Source: Trypanosoma brucei (taxonomy: Eukaryota). Taken from it: a stretch of DNA of 64,000 bases. The stretch covers positions 384,001 through 448,000 of the forward strand of contig CP000069.1 in the NCBI GenBank assembly GCA_000002445.1, read 5' to 3'. The notes beneath the pieces were generated by a model. The model was not told the DNA's origin, did no database searches, and worked only from the letters and a program-made list of their open reading frames with translations. The position numbers and the translations under genes were made by a program. Of this stretch, positions 1 through 9,403 are shown one piece after another (the stretch's first letter is position 1; every line of letters begins with the position of its first letter).

Positions 1-67
1 AAATCTCCCCCTTCGTTGACATTCCCCTCAATACGCTCCCCACACCCATCGTCCCGCAGTTCTGCTC

Positions 68-376
68 CTACAGGTGGTAACTGAGGCACCCAATTGGTAC
101 GAACTTGCCGCATGCGGTCCCACAGATACCGCCACACGTCAAAGGGAGCCAGAAACACCGCTGAACCGTGTGGCTTCCGCAGGTAGTGTTGTACAAGAAA
201 GTGCATGCTTTTTTCGAGTGCAGTAGGTGTACGCAAATGAGCCGGCTCCACAACAACACCTGCCGCTGACCGTCCGTATGGTTCGACAGCTGGAAGCTGT
301 GAGATTCCATCGCCGGTGTTGTTGGCGCGGTTCCCGCCACAGAGAGCTGCCAGTTGACCACGCCTCGGTGGCTCAT
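68..376 (-). CDS. possible small Cys-rich hypothetical protein (102 aa)
   Basis: The ORF starts at an ATG (CAT at 374-376 on the + strand) and lies on the same strand as all other genes. A purine-rich + strand tract at about 601-648 gives a polypyrimidine tract upstream on the coding strand. I recognise no domain, so this is weak. Confidence 0.25.
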   Translation of the reverse strand: MSHRGVVNWQLSVAGTAPTTPAMESHSFQLSNHTDGQRQVLLWSRLICVHLLHSKKACTFLYNTTCGSHTVQRCFWLPLTCGGICGTACGKFVPIGCLSYHL

Positions 377-600
377 CTACCTTAAACTCACAAAAGGTAG
401 AGAATGGTGGGGTAGACAGGGCAGCGCGAACACTGAGGCCGCTCATCGCTGTCCCAGCCGCTGTTGGTAGGGCACACGGTAGACCGGGGGCAAAATCACG
501 AAAAATAGCGCAAACGCTTGATACCTTTTCTTCTTTTTTGACTATTGTTCGTGTGCTTCTCTACTCCCTCAATAAAGGATGCTAACGGCGAGCAGTAACA

Positions 601-648
601 ACAGCAAGAAAGAAAGAAAACACCCAAGAGAGAGGAGGAAAGAAAATG
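601..648 (-). promoter_or_regulatory. polypyrimidine tract downstream of the coiled-coil gene and upstream of ORF 68..376
   Basis: + strand acagcaagaaagaaagaaaacacccaagagagaggaggaaagaaaatg. Confidence 0.4.
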
Positions 649-780
649 CTGATAAACACTTTAACTTTTGTGAACAATCAATATATTTTCTTCACGATAT
701 CCATCCATTAACTTGAAGATAAAACAGTCCGTCAACTGCCTCCAACCTTGCAGCACTTCTCACCTTTCGTTATATGCAAA

Positions 781-3723
781 CTATGCCTGGAAAATGTATC
801 GGACACACTCCATCAGCACATCTATGAGGGACTCCCCGGAAGAACTACCGGGTACAGTCCCCAAATTTCTATTTGATCTACCATGTGCACCGGCATATGG
901 TTCGCCATGCAGCCACCTCTCTTCCTCCACTTCGCCATGTAACCCGAAACTCAGATTCATCGTTCTCTTGTTGTTTCCACCACCACCAACGCTCCTCTTG
1001 TGCATTTCACCCGGGGTAGTGGTGACTCCCGTTCCAGTTCTACTTGAATTAGTGCCGAGAAGTTGTGACTTCAAATAGTCTGCGATTCGGCATCGTACCC
1101 GCTGGCGCATCGCCTGGGGAATTGCTTTCCCGAAGCTAAAAGAAGCACTGATGTCACTACACGTGAATGAATTCGACTGGCACAAAGCCTCCCACCCACC
1201 GTTGACTCCAAGAAAATTTCGCGTAATGTCATCGCAAGCAGCACGCAGAATGTTCTCCCTTTCGCTTAACGCATCTTGCGGTGGGCTATCATAGGTAAGT
1301 CTAACTCTGTGATTCTTCTCTTTGGTGTTTTGAGAAGCTGCACGAGTAACGTACCTGTCGCCAACCACAGTAGCGTATGACTCTAGCTCATGGATGAATT
1401 CCACGAGCTCCGCTACCACACGCGCTACCCCTCGCTGAATAACCCACTGCTGTCGCTTGTTGCCCTCTGCAGCAGCGGCAAAAGCGCTACTCATGCGGCG
1501 GCGGTGCGTACTTTCCAGCTTCCGCAGGGTTTCTCTTTGCATGTCTTCCAGAGTTGCTATTTGCCGCTGCTGTTTTTGCTGTTGTTTTTCCACACGCTCC
1601 ATCAGCATCTTCCGGTCTTTAACCATTGCACAGTATTTGCGACGTTTAGCCTGCAACTGTTCCTCCAGCTCGGTAGTGCGCGCTAAAGCCTCATTCAGCC
1701 TGGCTTCAATACAGTTGTACTCACACGCAGGTGATTGAGGCGCGGTAAACCTCGCAGTGTGGGCATCAGCACGTTGTTCTTGTAAAGCGGTTGGCTGTGC
1801 TGCTGCAAGTAATACTTCCTGCTTCACTACTGTATTATGAAGAGGCAATCGCGCCGGACGTGTCACCCGGCTCCCATCCTTCATGTTCTGCACAGGAGGC
1901 CGACGATCCTGCCTTACGGGTTCTGACACATTCGTTTCGAGACGCTTCCTATTTTGTTCCTCATTCAGCTTAATTTGTTGCTTTAACATGCGGCACTCAA
2001 CATTTCTTCGACTGAGTTTATTCTGAAGAGCCTGCAACACCTTGGCTATCTGCTTCTCAAACAAAACATGGCGGCGGGACTCTTCTCCCGCCGCTGTGGC
2101 CCTTTCCTCCTTAACCTGCTGCAGCTCCGAACATGCTTCTCGAAACTGCTCCTGTGCGCGCAACAACGCCGCCTGTGCTCTCTCCTCTGCTTCTTCTTGT
2201 TGCTGCTGCTTCTCATCCAACTCCCGTTGCAACTGCTGAATGTGTACACGTTGCACAGCAGCCCTCTCGTCCGCGATTTGTTGCTGCTCGAGTAGTTCCT
2301 TTCGCGCGCTGACGGACAGCTGCTGGAGTTGAGTTCGTAGCCGTTCCCGCTCGGCAGACAACATCTGTTCACGTCCTTCGCTATCACTAAGACGTCTTTC
2401 CAGGGTGGCTACCATACTCTCCAGTTGCTTCCGGGTGCCATACATACTTCGCTCCGCTTCCGTGTGAAAGTGTGCGTGGAATGTTAGTTCTGTTTCGTCT
2501 TCACAGTTTTCCTCGTCTTCTGCTTCGAGGTACTCTTTATTCCGGAGCCGCTCCAGTGATGCACGCAGAATGACTGTCTCCTCCCGAGCCGCCTGGAGAC
2601 TGGCTCTAAGATGCGCTTGCTCTTCTGACATGTCTGCTATTCTTTGCTCGTTAACTTCGAAGGTGACTGTTAGCGTGGCATGGTTAACAGTCAACTGCTG
2701 TAATTCCTCTTGTAGCAATTTCGCCTCATTAGTAGCTTCTCGACCAGCAGCTTCGGCCTCCTCATACAGCTTCTTATATCGTTTCAGCTTCTTTTGGTTC
2801 TCTTCCCGTTCACGGATCAAAACTTCCTCAGCTTCGCGAGTGGACTCCCTGTACTGTAACTCGCATTTCTTCCTCAACTCCCGCTCACCCGCAAGATTGC
2901 TTTCCATTTGTTGCAACGCCGCCCGCAACGACCGCACCTCATCCACAAGTGTGGAAAACTCTTGCATTTCTTCATGAATGTACTGTAAGTCCGCTGTATA
3001 CTTTTCCTCACGCTCCTCAGCCTCTCGCCGCGCCTCCGAAAGCTGCGTTATTAGCTTTTTATTTTGCGCGTTCAAAGAGGTGATGTCAGCCTGCTGCTCA
3101 CGTGAGGCGCTTGCTGTCTGCTTTGAGGCGGTATCCGTTTCATTGCAGTCACGAAGTTGTTGGAGTAACAGACGCTTTTCCTCCCGTAACCCTGCAACCT
3201 CACCCTGTAGATGCGCTAATTCCAGGTCCCGTTGCTTCAGGGTATTGGCTTGTTCACGAAGCAAGTCATCTTTACGCTGAAGCGCCGTAAGTATGAGCTC
3301 AGCCATACTCTCATCATGTTCCGCTTTTGCCTCACCCCACCCCCTTTCGTTCTCATTTTCATTCCGTCCCCTTTCCGCCACCGTATACCGCCCACCACTG
3401 TATTCACTCGTCTCGTCCCCACTCACATTCGGTGAGCGAATCTCACTTCCGCAGAATTGTGATGAAACACAGGCACTATCATCCATGTTTATGGCTACCC
3501 CTTCAGTCACGGAATCGGGGCTGAACTCGTTGGAAGCCGGCATATCGGTAAAAATACCGTTTGAGTGACACGCAGGAGGGCGAGGTAGGAGGTTAGGAGG
3601 GAGGTACCGATATTGTTGATGTAGCGACGTTGGCTGCACACCTTGACGACAATCACGACTATGTTTGGATACGTTTCGTACATCATGTGAGCCCGATGGA
3701 AAATCCACCTCGTCCATTGCCAT
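781..3723 (-). CDS. large coiled-coil protein, hypothetical (about 980 aa)
   Basis: This is a long ORF with extended heptad-like E/L/Q/R-rich segments such as LQQLRDCNETDTASKQ and REEKRLLLQQ. The track start at 3744 decodes as GTG. The first in-frame ATG is codon 8, at 3723. Confidence 0.55.
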   Translation of the reverse strand: MAMDEVDFPSGSHDVRNVSKHSRDCRQGVQPTSLHQQYRYLPPNLLPRPPACHSNGIFTDMPASNEFSPDSVTEGVAINMDDSACVSSQFCGSEIRSPNVSGDETSEYSGGRYTVAERGRNENENERGWGEAKAEHDESMAELILTALQRKDDLLREQANTLKQRDLELAHLQGEVAGLREEKRLLLQQLRDCNETDTASKQTASASREQQADITSLNAQNKKLITQLSEARREAEEREEKYTADLQYIHEEMQEFSTLVDEVRSLRAALQQMESNLAGERELRKKCELQYRESTREAEEVLIREREENQKKLKRYKKLYEEAEAAGREATNEAKLLQEELQQLTVNHATLTVTFEVNEQRIADMSEEQAHLRASLQAAREETVILRASLERLRNKEYLEAEDEENCEDETELTFHAHFHTEAERSMYGTRKQLESMVATLERRLSDSEGREQMLSAERERLRTQLQQLSVSARKELLEQQQIADERAAVQRVHIQQLQRELDEKQQQQEEAEERAQAALLRAQEQFREACSELQQVKEERATAAGEESRRHVLFEKQIAKVLQALQNKLSRRNVECRMLKQQIKLNEEQNRKRLETNVSEPVRQDRRPPVQNMKDGSRVTRPARLPLHNTVVKQEVLLAAAQPTALQEQRADAHTARFTAPQSPACEYNCIEARLNEALARTTELEEQLQAKRRKYCAMVKDRKMLMERVEKQQQKQQRQIATLEDMQRETLRKLESTHRRRMSSAFAAAAEGNKRQQWVIQRGVARVVAELVEFIHELESYATVVGDRYVTRAASQNTKEKNHRVRLTYDSPPQDALSERENILRAACDDITRNFLGVNGGWEALCQSNSFTCSDISASFSFGKAIPQAMRQRVRCRIADYLKSQLLGTNSSRTGTGVTTTPGEMHKRSVGGGGNNKRTMNLSFGLHGEVEEERWLHGEPYAGAHGRSNRNLGTVPGSSSGESLIDVLMECVRYIFQA

Positions 3724-4040
3724 CGGAAGCACCCCTCCGGGCACCTTCGGCTGCCTTTCTCCCTTTGTCGCAGTTTCCGATAGCTACAAGAGAAAAAGCG
3801 AATAACATTCATATTTATATGGGAAAAGCTGTAGGTTAGAACTGGTTCCCCCCCATGGAAGACATCTACTGTCACGTGGAAAACAAAACAAAAACACAGA
3901 TAAGCATTTATTCGAGGTTTCCTCCAAAACTCAGCGCTCACACACTAAGTCCACACGACTTGGCGCTCGAAACTAAAGTTTTCCCCTCGGATGCGTGCAT
4001 AAAAAAAAAGGTTTAACCGCGGACCCTCTTCCTTCCACAG

Positions 4041-5675
4041 CTAGTCGACTGGTGAGGCCTCATTGAGAAATTTGAATACGTGTCTGTAGCACATAAGCAA
4101 TTCTCGTTTCGTCGCTGAGCGCCGCGATGCTGCGAGGTGCGCTTGCATGTAGCGAAGAAGCGGCTTCCTTGACGAAAGAAGCGACAAGAAAACTGTTTCA
4201 TCATCGTAGCCCATCCGCAGGAGCTTCCCCACTTCCTTTATGCTGTCATCACCAATATTACGATTACCGTTTACCCGTACGTTGTTTCCACCATTGCATA
4301 TAAACCGCGATAAGATGCCGTTTTTATCTTTGCAGTGTTTACGCCCTGCAAAATATTGTGAAACTTCGTCAGTTTGTTTGTACACGAAGTGCCTGCAGTT
4401 TGAAGAGCCGCAACGGCAGACAACAAAGTACTTCTTCAGTGCATTTTCACCATAAAAAAGTGGTGCCACTCTGTGCGAGTAGCTAATCGTCAACTCGGAG
4501 CCCGCTGGCACATCACGGGTGGTGAAGAAACTATTCGCATCCCCGAAGTACGGAAAGTTTTCTATTCGACTCAAGACTTCCTTACATTCGGAATATTCAC
4601 CTGTTGCAGCAGCCGCCGGCCAAAATTCTTTCGAAAGCCCACAGCAGCAATTGGGTTCACAACTATGGTTCATGAGATGGTGTGGCAGCGGTTGAGTGAC
4701 AAGCTCCATTAATGAACCTGTTGGGTGCGTGTAGTGAAATGTGTCTGGCAACCGCGTGTGCGTATCGCCAAGTAATAGCACCAACTGGGCGGCGTCCATA
4801 TATGTGCGCTGTGGGGCAACTACCACCCGAGTGCCGCGTGGTAACGCCTTTGTCGTGAAGAGTCCCCTGCTGTGGATGGGGCTACTTCCCACCCGAATAC
4901 AATCAAGTGTCGTGCCCTGCAGGAGGCCCCGAAAGTAGGGCGTTCCGTTTAAATTTTCCAAAAAAATATTTTCAGCCGAAACGGTCCCGCTGTTATCACT
5001 GGCGGTGAGCGACTCCCGCGAGTTGGCGCATTCCGCCTGATGAACAGTTGTGGTGGAAAGCGCTGCCGCTTGCGCGTAGGCCCCTGCAGCAATAAGCTGC
5101 TGTATTGAAGCTTCAACGTCCATAGGGGAAGACAAGGATGTCCGCAGCAGAACCGGCGACGGTGTTGCCGATGTTGAGTTGCCTCCTGATGTCGATAGTG
5201 GCGGCGCTACACTATACCGCGTATAAAAGGAGACACGCCCCATAGTGTAGCCAACATAGGCCATGGCGTTCAGTATGCCGTAGGTTATGGGGCCGACAAG
5301 GGGCATTGCCAAAGCCCCCAGCACAAATGCAGAAAGGCGTAAAGACGATGCGGCAGCATGTGGCTGAGGTGGTTGCATCACACCTTCGTCCAGCGATTCC
5401 CACGAGCCACATGACACTGCTTCCCCCTCAGAGGATGCAACAAACAAGTCAGGGAACATCAGCTGCTCTCGGTCTGCATAATTGGTGCGCTTTGTACGGC
5501 GCGGCAATCTCTGAGATTTGGGCTTCTCCGAGTCCGATCCAGATAAAGAGGTAACAGCACAACCCGAACAAAGCCTATTACACAATAAATGGGTGGTCGT
5601 GACGGTATTTAATCTCTGTAATACACTCTTCCGGTTTGCTGTTATTCGTCCCCCAACTACACCACCAAGTACCAT
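4041..5675 (-). CDS. SET-domain protein, putative protein-lysine N-methyltransferase
   Basis: The SET motifs NHSCEPNC and GSELTISYSH are present, followed by a Cys-rich post-SET-like CRCGSSNCRH. The first 31 track codons are F/L-rich and translate the polypyrimidine tract, and the track start is non-ATG. The first ATG (MVLGG) is at 5675, with an AG dinucleotide about 12 nt upstream. Confidence 0.65.
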   Translation of the reverse strand: MVLGGVVGGRITANRKSVLQRLNTVTTTHLLCNRLCSGCAVTSLSGSDSEKPKSQRLPRRTKRTNYADREQLMFPDLFVASSEGEAVSCGSWESLDEGVMQPPQPHAAASSLRLSAFVLGALAMPLVGPITYGILNAMAYVGYTMGRVSFYTRYSVAPPLSTSGGNSTSATPSPVLLRTSLSSPMDVEASIQQLIAAGAYAQAAALSTTTVHQAECANSRESLTASDNSGTVSAENIFLENLNGTPYFRGLLQGTTLDCIRVGSSPIHSRGLFTTKALPRGTRVVVAPQRTYMDAAQLVLLLGDTHTRLPDTFHYTHPTGSLMELVTQPLPHHLMNHSCEPNCCCGLSKEFWPAAAATGEYSECKEVLSRIENFPYFGDANSFFTTRDVPAGSELTISYSHRVAPLFYGENALKKYFVVCRCGSSNCRHFVYKQTDEVSQYFAGRKHCKDKNGILSRFICNGGNNVRVNGNRNIGDDSIKEVGKLLRMGYDDETVFLSLLSSRKPLLRYMQAHLAASRRSATKRELLMCYRHVFKFLNEASPVD

Positions 5676-5985
5676 ATTAGGTCCACCTGCCCCACACCCC
5701 TTTCTTCCTATTACACATATCAGTGCAAAAACAAAAAAACAAGCATCAGGTATCGTCGTGACAAGCACAGAAACGTGGCAAAGGCAAAATGTTCAGTCGA
5801 CACCTGATGTATCCTTTTGTTTTGGTCTTGTTAGGTTCCACCCGTCACTCCACTCACGCCTTGGAAGTGGCTGACGAACTGACGATACGGTGGCTGCCAC
5901 CTCAAAATATGAGACGGAGCCCAAGGAAGGGGGAATGCAACGTAATGCAGCGATGTGAAGACCATATGATGAAGCAATCAAGTGC

Positions 5986-8900
5986 TCAGAAAAGCACATC
6001 GGGCCCATGCCCTTGCTTCGTGTTAACACCTTTTGTCACCTGTAGGGATCTTGAAAGTGTGCCTTTCTCAGGCTCAGCGGCTCCTCCCACCTGCGAAGTG
6101 GCGTTGAAATCGCACGCAGCATGCGCATGAAAGTTGCGTATGTCAACTCGATGGCGCCGTAACAACTCAGCGAGGTTCGGTGAAGGCAAATAACTGGGTA
6201 GTACGGTGGGAATGAGAAAGAGTTTTTCATTCGTTCCGCCGGTGTTAACTCTTGGCACCCCTTTTGTTGGTATAATTGTCCCATCGACGTCCCCCATGGC
6301 CACCAGAGTGCTGGGTGGGGAGAGAAACTGGCAGCCGATATCACGGAGTAGATTTTCTATCGACTGGCCGCGGCGAGAAGCCACGAGCCTCGCTAACAAT
6401 TCCGCTCCTGGGCAATGTCCCACCGCCGCCGCTGCCGCTGGAGGTCTCAATTGTGGTTGTTGAGCGTTAGACCACGCGTTAAGTTTTGCGACCACCCGTT
6501 GAATGTAATCGGCGAAACTCACAACATTTCGCAAAGAGTTTTGGTACTCATGCAACACAATCAGCAGTGTACTCTGAACTACCTCATCCACAGATGGTGC
6601 GTCGTCGTCCAACACTACCTTTAGAATTCCCCTCCTCGTTTGCCGCCCCTTCCCGCCGCTGCCACTGTACGTACACTGCGGGCACACATCGGACACAACG
6701 CACCAATGCAAACTTTCCTCCTCACAAGCACCTCCCGCATCGTCTTTACGACATCGGTTCCCACTTTCGCTAGATTGATCGGTTGCCGTGCCGCCTGCCT
6801 CGCACTCATCATCAGCATCGACGGGTACGCCTCGCCACGGCTTTCCGGCATAAACCCTCATAACACTCTTCAGTTTCTGCACACTCAATGGAGTTGGAAA
6901 GCGCCACACTCCCCAATCATGTAGCATCACTGCATGCGCTCGTGTATGCGCGGTGTTCGTCAGTAGAGCGGCGTCAAAACCAGTGGAGGCAGCGGCAAGA
7001 TATCCTGCGAGAACAAACAGCGAGGGCGGCAATTCACTACCTGCGGGTTCAGTGGAGGCGCCAGGGCGCTCAGTGTCCAAAACCCAGACATGTAACGCTT
7101 GCAGCGTCATACCACTATCTTTTATTGGCGCTGCGCGAGTTACTGTGTAGGAGGGAGCATTTCCTATAAGCGTGCCCGCAACGGCCATCGGCAGCATCGC
7201 TGTCCCCCCTTCACCACGTGGTCGCCATTGTAGAGCGTTAAGAAACGACAAGGGGGATACATTACAGGATCTAAGTTCAACCGCCACATCGCTACGACTG
7301 ATGCTACTGACACTATTAGTCCCCCTCTTACGTAGTAGAAGGTCAGATAACGTGCCGCTACAGAAAGATCCCACCCACTCACGCCGCATACCGAACTGCA
7401 CAGCAAAGGAAAGTCGAGTAAGGTGGGTTACGCTCCGACAGTGATGATGGAAGCTTTTTTCCCGAAACCACAAATTGTGGCACACATAGCAGTAATAATC
7501 CTTATTACAAGGTGCTGTTTCCCCCTCCTCCGTTTCACAGCTGTGGTACTCGTGTTGAGAGGACCTCACAGTTGGCAAAGTTACCTTCCATTGAACCGCT
7601 CCAGTGAAGGTCACACGATGTATGCTTAGCAGTGCGTGTTGTTCGTCACTACCATCACTATTCACTCCACTGCTACTCACATCTTCATCAACACCGGGCG
7701 CAGGTACAGGCTCGCCTGACAAGATGACACCGTTACCAGTTGAACGGCAGATGCTACAGTCCTCATGGTCAGCATCGGCGGCTGCAGCCGCAATCGGTTT
7801 GGGAAAAAATTCTTCATAGCCCATACGCCGTGCGTCACTAAGAAGAAGGGAATGCTCCCGACCGTAGCTATCGTGCCATGTTACACAGGTATCAGATGCA
7901 GCAGAGGAATCTCCCTCAGTTTCTGTAAAGCGGAGACTAAACGTACGGTTGACCGTCCTTACACCCGGAACTGGAAGTGAACGATCCAAAGAAGCTACTT
8001 TTTCATGAGCCTCTGCCCGCCGAATCGATTCCGTCTCCCCATCGTTTCTGTCCTGCTCACCTGGTAAACGTACGGCTGATGACGCCGGTGGTGATGTGGG
8101 AGGCAGCATTGCCACCAGCCGTGTTAGTATATTCTGAATTGACACCAAAAGACTTATTCCAATAGGAGCTAATACAACCGCAGCCAAATTTCTTCCCTTT
8201 TCCGCTTCCATTAACCCTGCGGGGTCACAAGGCAGTGCGACCGCCGATAACAACCGGTCCTCTTCCTTACCTGAGTTGCCGCCTCTTCTGTCTCCATCCA
8301 CAGACCCATTAACCTCGCTACCAAATCGAACGACACCTGAACGCCTCGTGGAAAAAAGTTCAATCTGTTGAACATTGGTATCGGCTAGATATGGCGTAAT
8401 GACGTCGCGCAGCACCTCTGGTGTCAGGCGTTCAAGTAAACTCTGCTGATGCCGCTGGTCGCTGTGTAGCTCCACCGAAAAGGAGCATGTACGGTCTGCA
8501 TCCTCCTGCAGGGCACCAAGGTTACGCAGCATCCGCCTCTGGTGTGCACGGTGGGATGCATCCTCGCCACGCATGGTGTTCCTTGCAAATGCGGCTACGA
8601 AAGCTGCGCAAAGCCGGTCTTGTACGTGTCCAAATGTAAGCAGCGGTTTCTTGGACCTCTGATTCTGCTTTGGAGCCCTGGGCAATTGCGGTTGAAGTTT
8701 TCGGATAAGTTGTTCATCTTGTGTATACCATTGTGTCATAGTCCGGTGCTGTGATGAAGGACGGTGGGCGGAATGCTCAAGCGCGCAACGGTGAAGCCGC
8801 AGCAACGAATTGGCAAGTAGAACACGGTACGATTCAGGGAAGGTGGAGAGCACAAGCTGCTTAATAAGTGAGGCGCTGGGGCGGCGTTCCACCCTGTCAT

Positions 8901-9393
8901 GCTCACCATATAGCGCAAATACGTCATCTTTATCGCCACCCCCCACACCACTAGTGACAGCTTTTTCCTTATTCACAGTTTCATGTGAGTCGGAACCCTG
9001 TGTGACAAGTCTCCACAGGCGTAACGCGCACTGTGCCACGCTGCTATCTACAGTGCGAAGTGCCCTACCGTTCACGCGAAATTTTCGAAAAAAGGCCACC
9101 ACATCCGCACTGCTAGTACATGCGTACCATTCATAAAGGATTGAAAGCAGCATGAGTGGTTCACTCAGAGTGTGCCCACTGGTGCTTTTGCCCCTCTCTC
9201 CGATTTTAGAAGCTGTACTCCGCTGAATCAGAAGTGACTGCAAGTATTGTGCTGCTGGTGCACCTTCGCAGCTTTTGGAATCCCCAACCTGGACAGACAC
9301 GCGTGGATAGAGAAGTAACGCCGGAACAGTCATTGCGCAGGCGATAAGTATCGCATCCTCGATGCAGGCAAACTGCAAAGCATAGTACAACAT
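5986..9393 (-). CDS. hypothetical protein (about 1135 aa) with a U1/matrin-type C2H2 zinc finger-like motif
   Basis: This is a long ORF. It contains the motif CYVCHNLWFREKSFHHHCRSVTHL, which has C-x2-C-x12-H-x5-H spacing. The track start at 9432 decodes as TTG and overlaps the upstream helicase ORF. The first ATG (MLYYALQ) is at 9393, which removes the overlap. Confidence 0.55.
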   Translation of the reverse strand: MLYYALQFACIEDAILIACAMTVPALLLYPRVSVQVGDSKSCEGAPAAQYLQSLLIQRSTASKIGERGKSTSGHTLSEPLMLLSILYEWYACTSSADVVAFFRKFRVNGRALRTVDSSVAQCALRLWRLVTQGSDSHETVNKEKAVTSGVGGGDKDDVFALYGEHDRVERRPSASLIKQLVLSTFPESYRVLLANSLLRLHRCALEHSAHRPSSQHRTMTQWYTQDEQLIRKLQPQLPRAPKQNQRSKKPLLTFGHVQDRLCAAFVAAFARNTMRGEDASHRAHQRRMLRNLGALQEDADRTCSFSVELHSDQRHQQSLLERLTPEVLRDVITPYLADTNVQQIELFSTRRSGVVRFGSEVNGSVDGDRRGGNSGKEEDRLLSAVALPCDPAGLMEAEKGRNLAAVVLAPIGISLLVSIQNILTRLVAMLPPTSPPASSAVRLPGEQDRNDGETESIRRAEAHEKVASLDRSLPVPGVRTVNRTFSLRFTETEGDSSAASDTCVTWHDSYGREHSLLLSDARRMGYEEFFPKPIAAAAADADHEDCSICRSTGNGVILSGEPVPAPGVDEDVSSSGVNSDGSDEQHALLSIHRVTFTGAVQWKVTLPTVRSSQHEYHSCETEEGETAPCNKDYYCYVCHNLWFREKSFHHHCRSVTHLTRLSFAVQFGMRREWVGSFCSGTLSDLLLRKRGTNSVSSISRSDVAVELRSCNVSPLSFLNALQWRPRGEGGTAMLPMAVAGTLIGNAPSYTVTRAAPIKDSGMTLQALHVWVLDTERPGASTEPAGSELPPSLFVLAGYLAAASTGFDAALLTNTAHTRAHAVMLHDWGVWRFPTPLSVQKLKSVMRVYAGKPWRGVPVDADDECEAGGTATDQSSESGNRCRKDDAGGACEEESLHWCVVSDVCPQCTYSGSGGKGRQTRRGILKVVLDDDAPSVDEVVQSTLLIVLHEYQNSLRNVVSFADYIQRVVAKLNAWSNAQQPQLRPPAAAAAVGHCPGAELLARLVASRRGQSIENLLRDIGCQFLSPPSTLVAMGDVDGTIIPTKGVPRVNTGGTNEKLFLIPTVLPSYLPSPNLAELLRRHRVDIRNFHAHAACDFNATSQVGGAAEPEKGTLSRSLQVTKGVNTKQGHGPDVLF

Positions 9394-9403
9394 TAATGCT
9401 TGC

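Noticed and set aside
713-3500. Numerous + strand ORFs (60-135 aa) overlapping the coiled-coil gene, several Ser/Cys-rich.
   Set aside because: They are antisense to a long, periodic coiled-coil coding sequence. Repetitive GAG, CAG and CTC codons on one strand give stop-free low-complexity frames on the other. There are no supporting signals.
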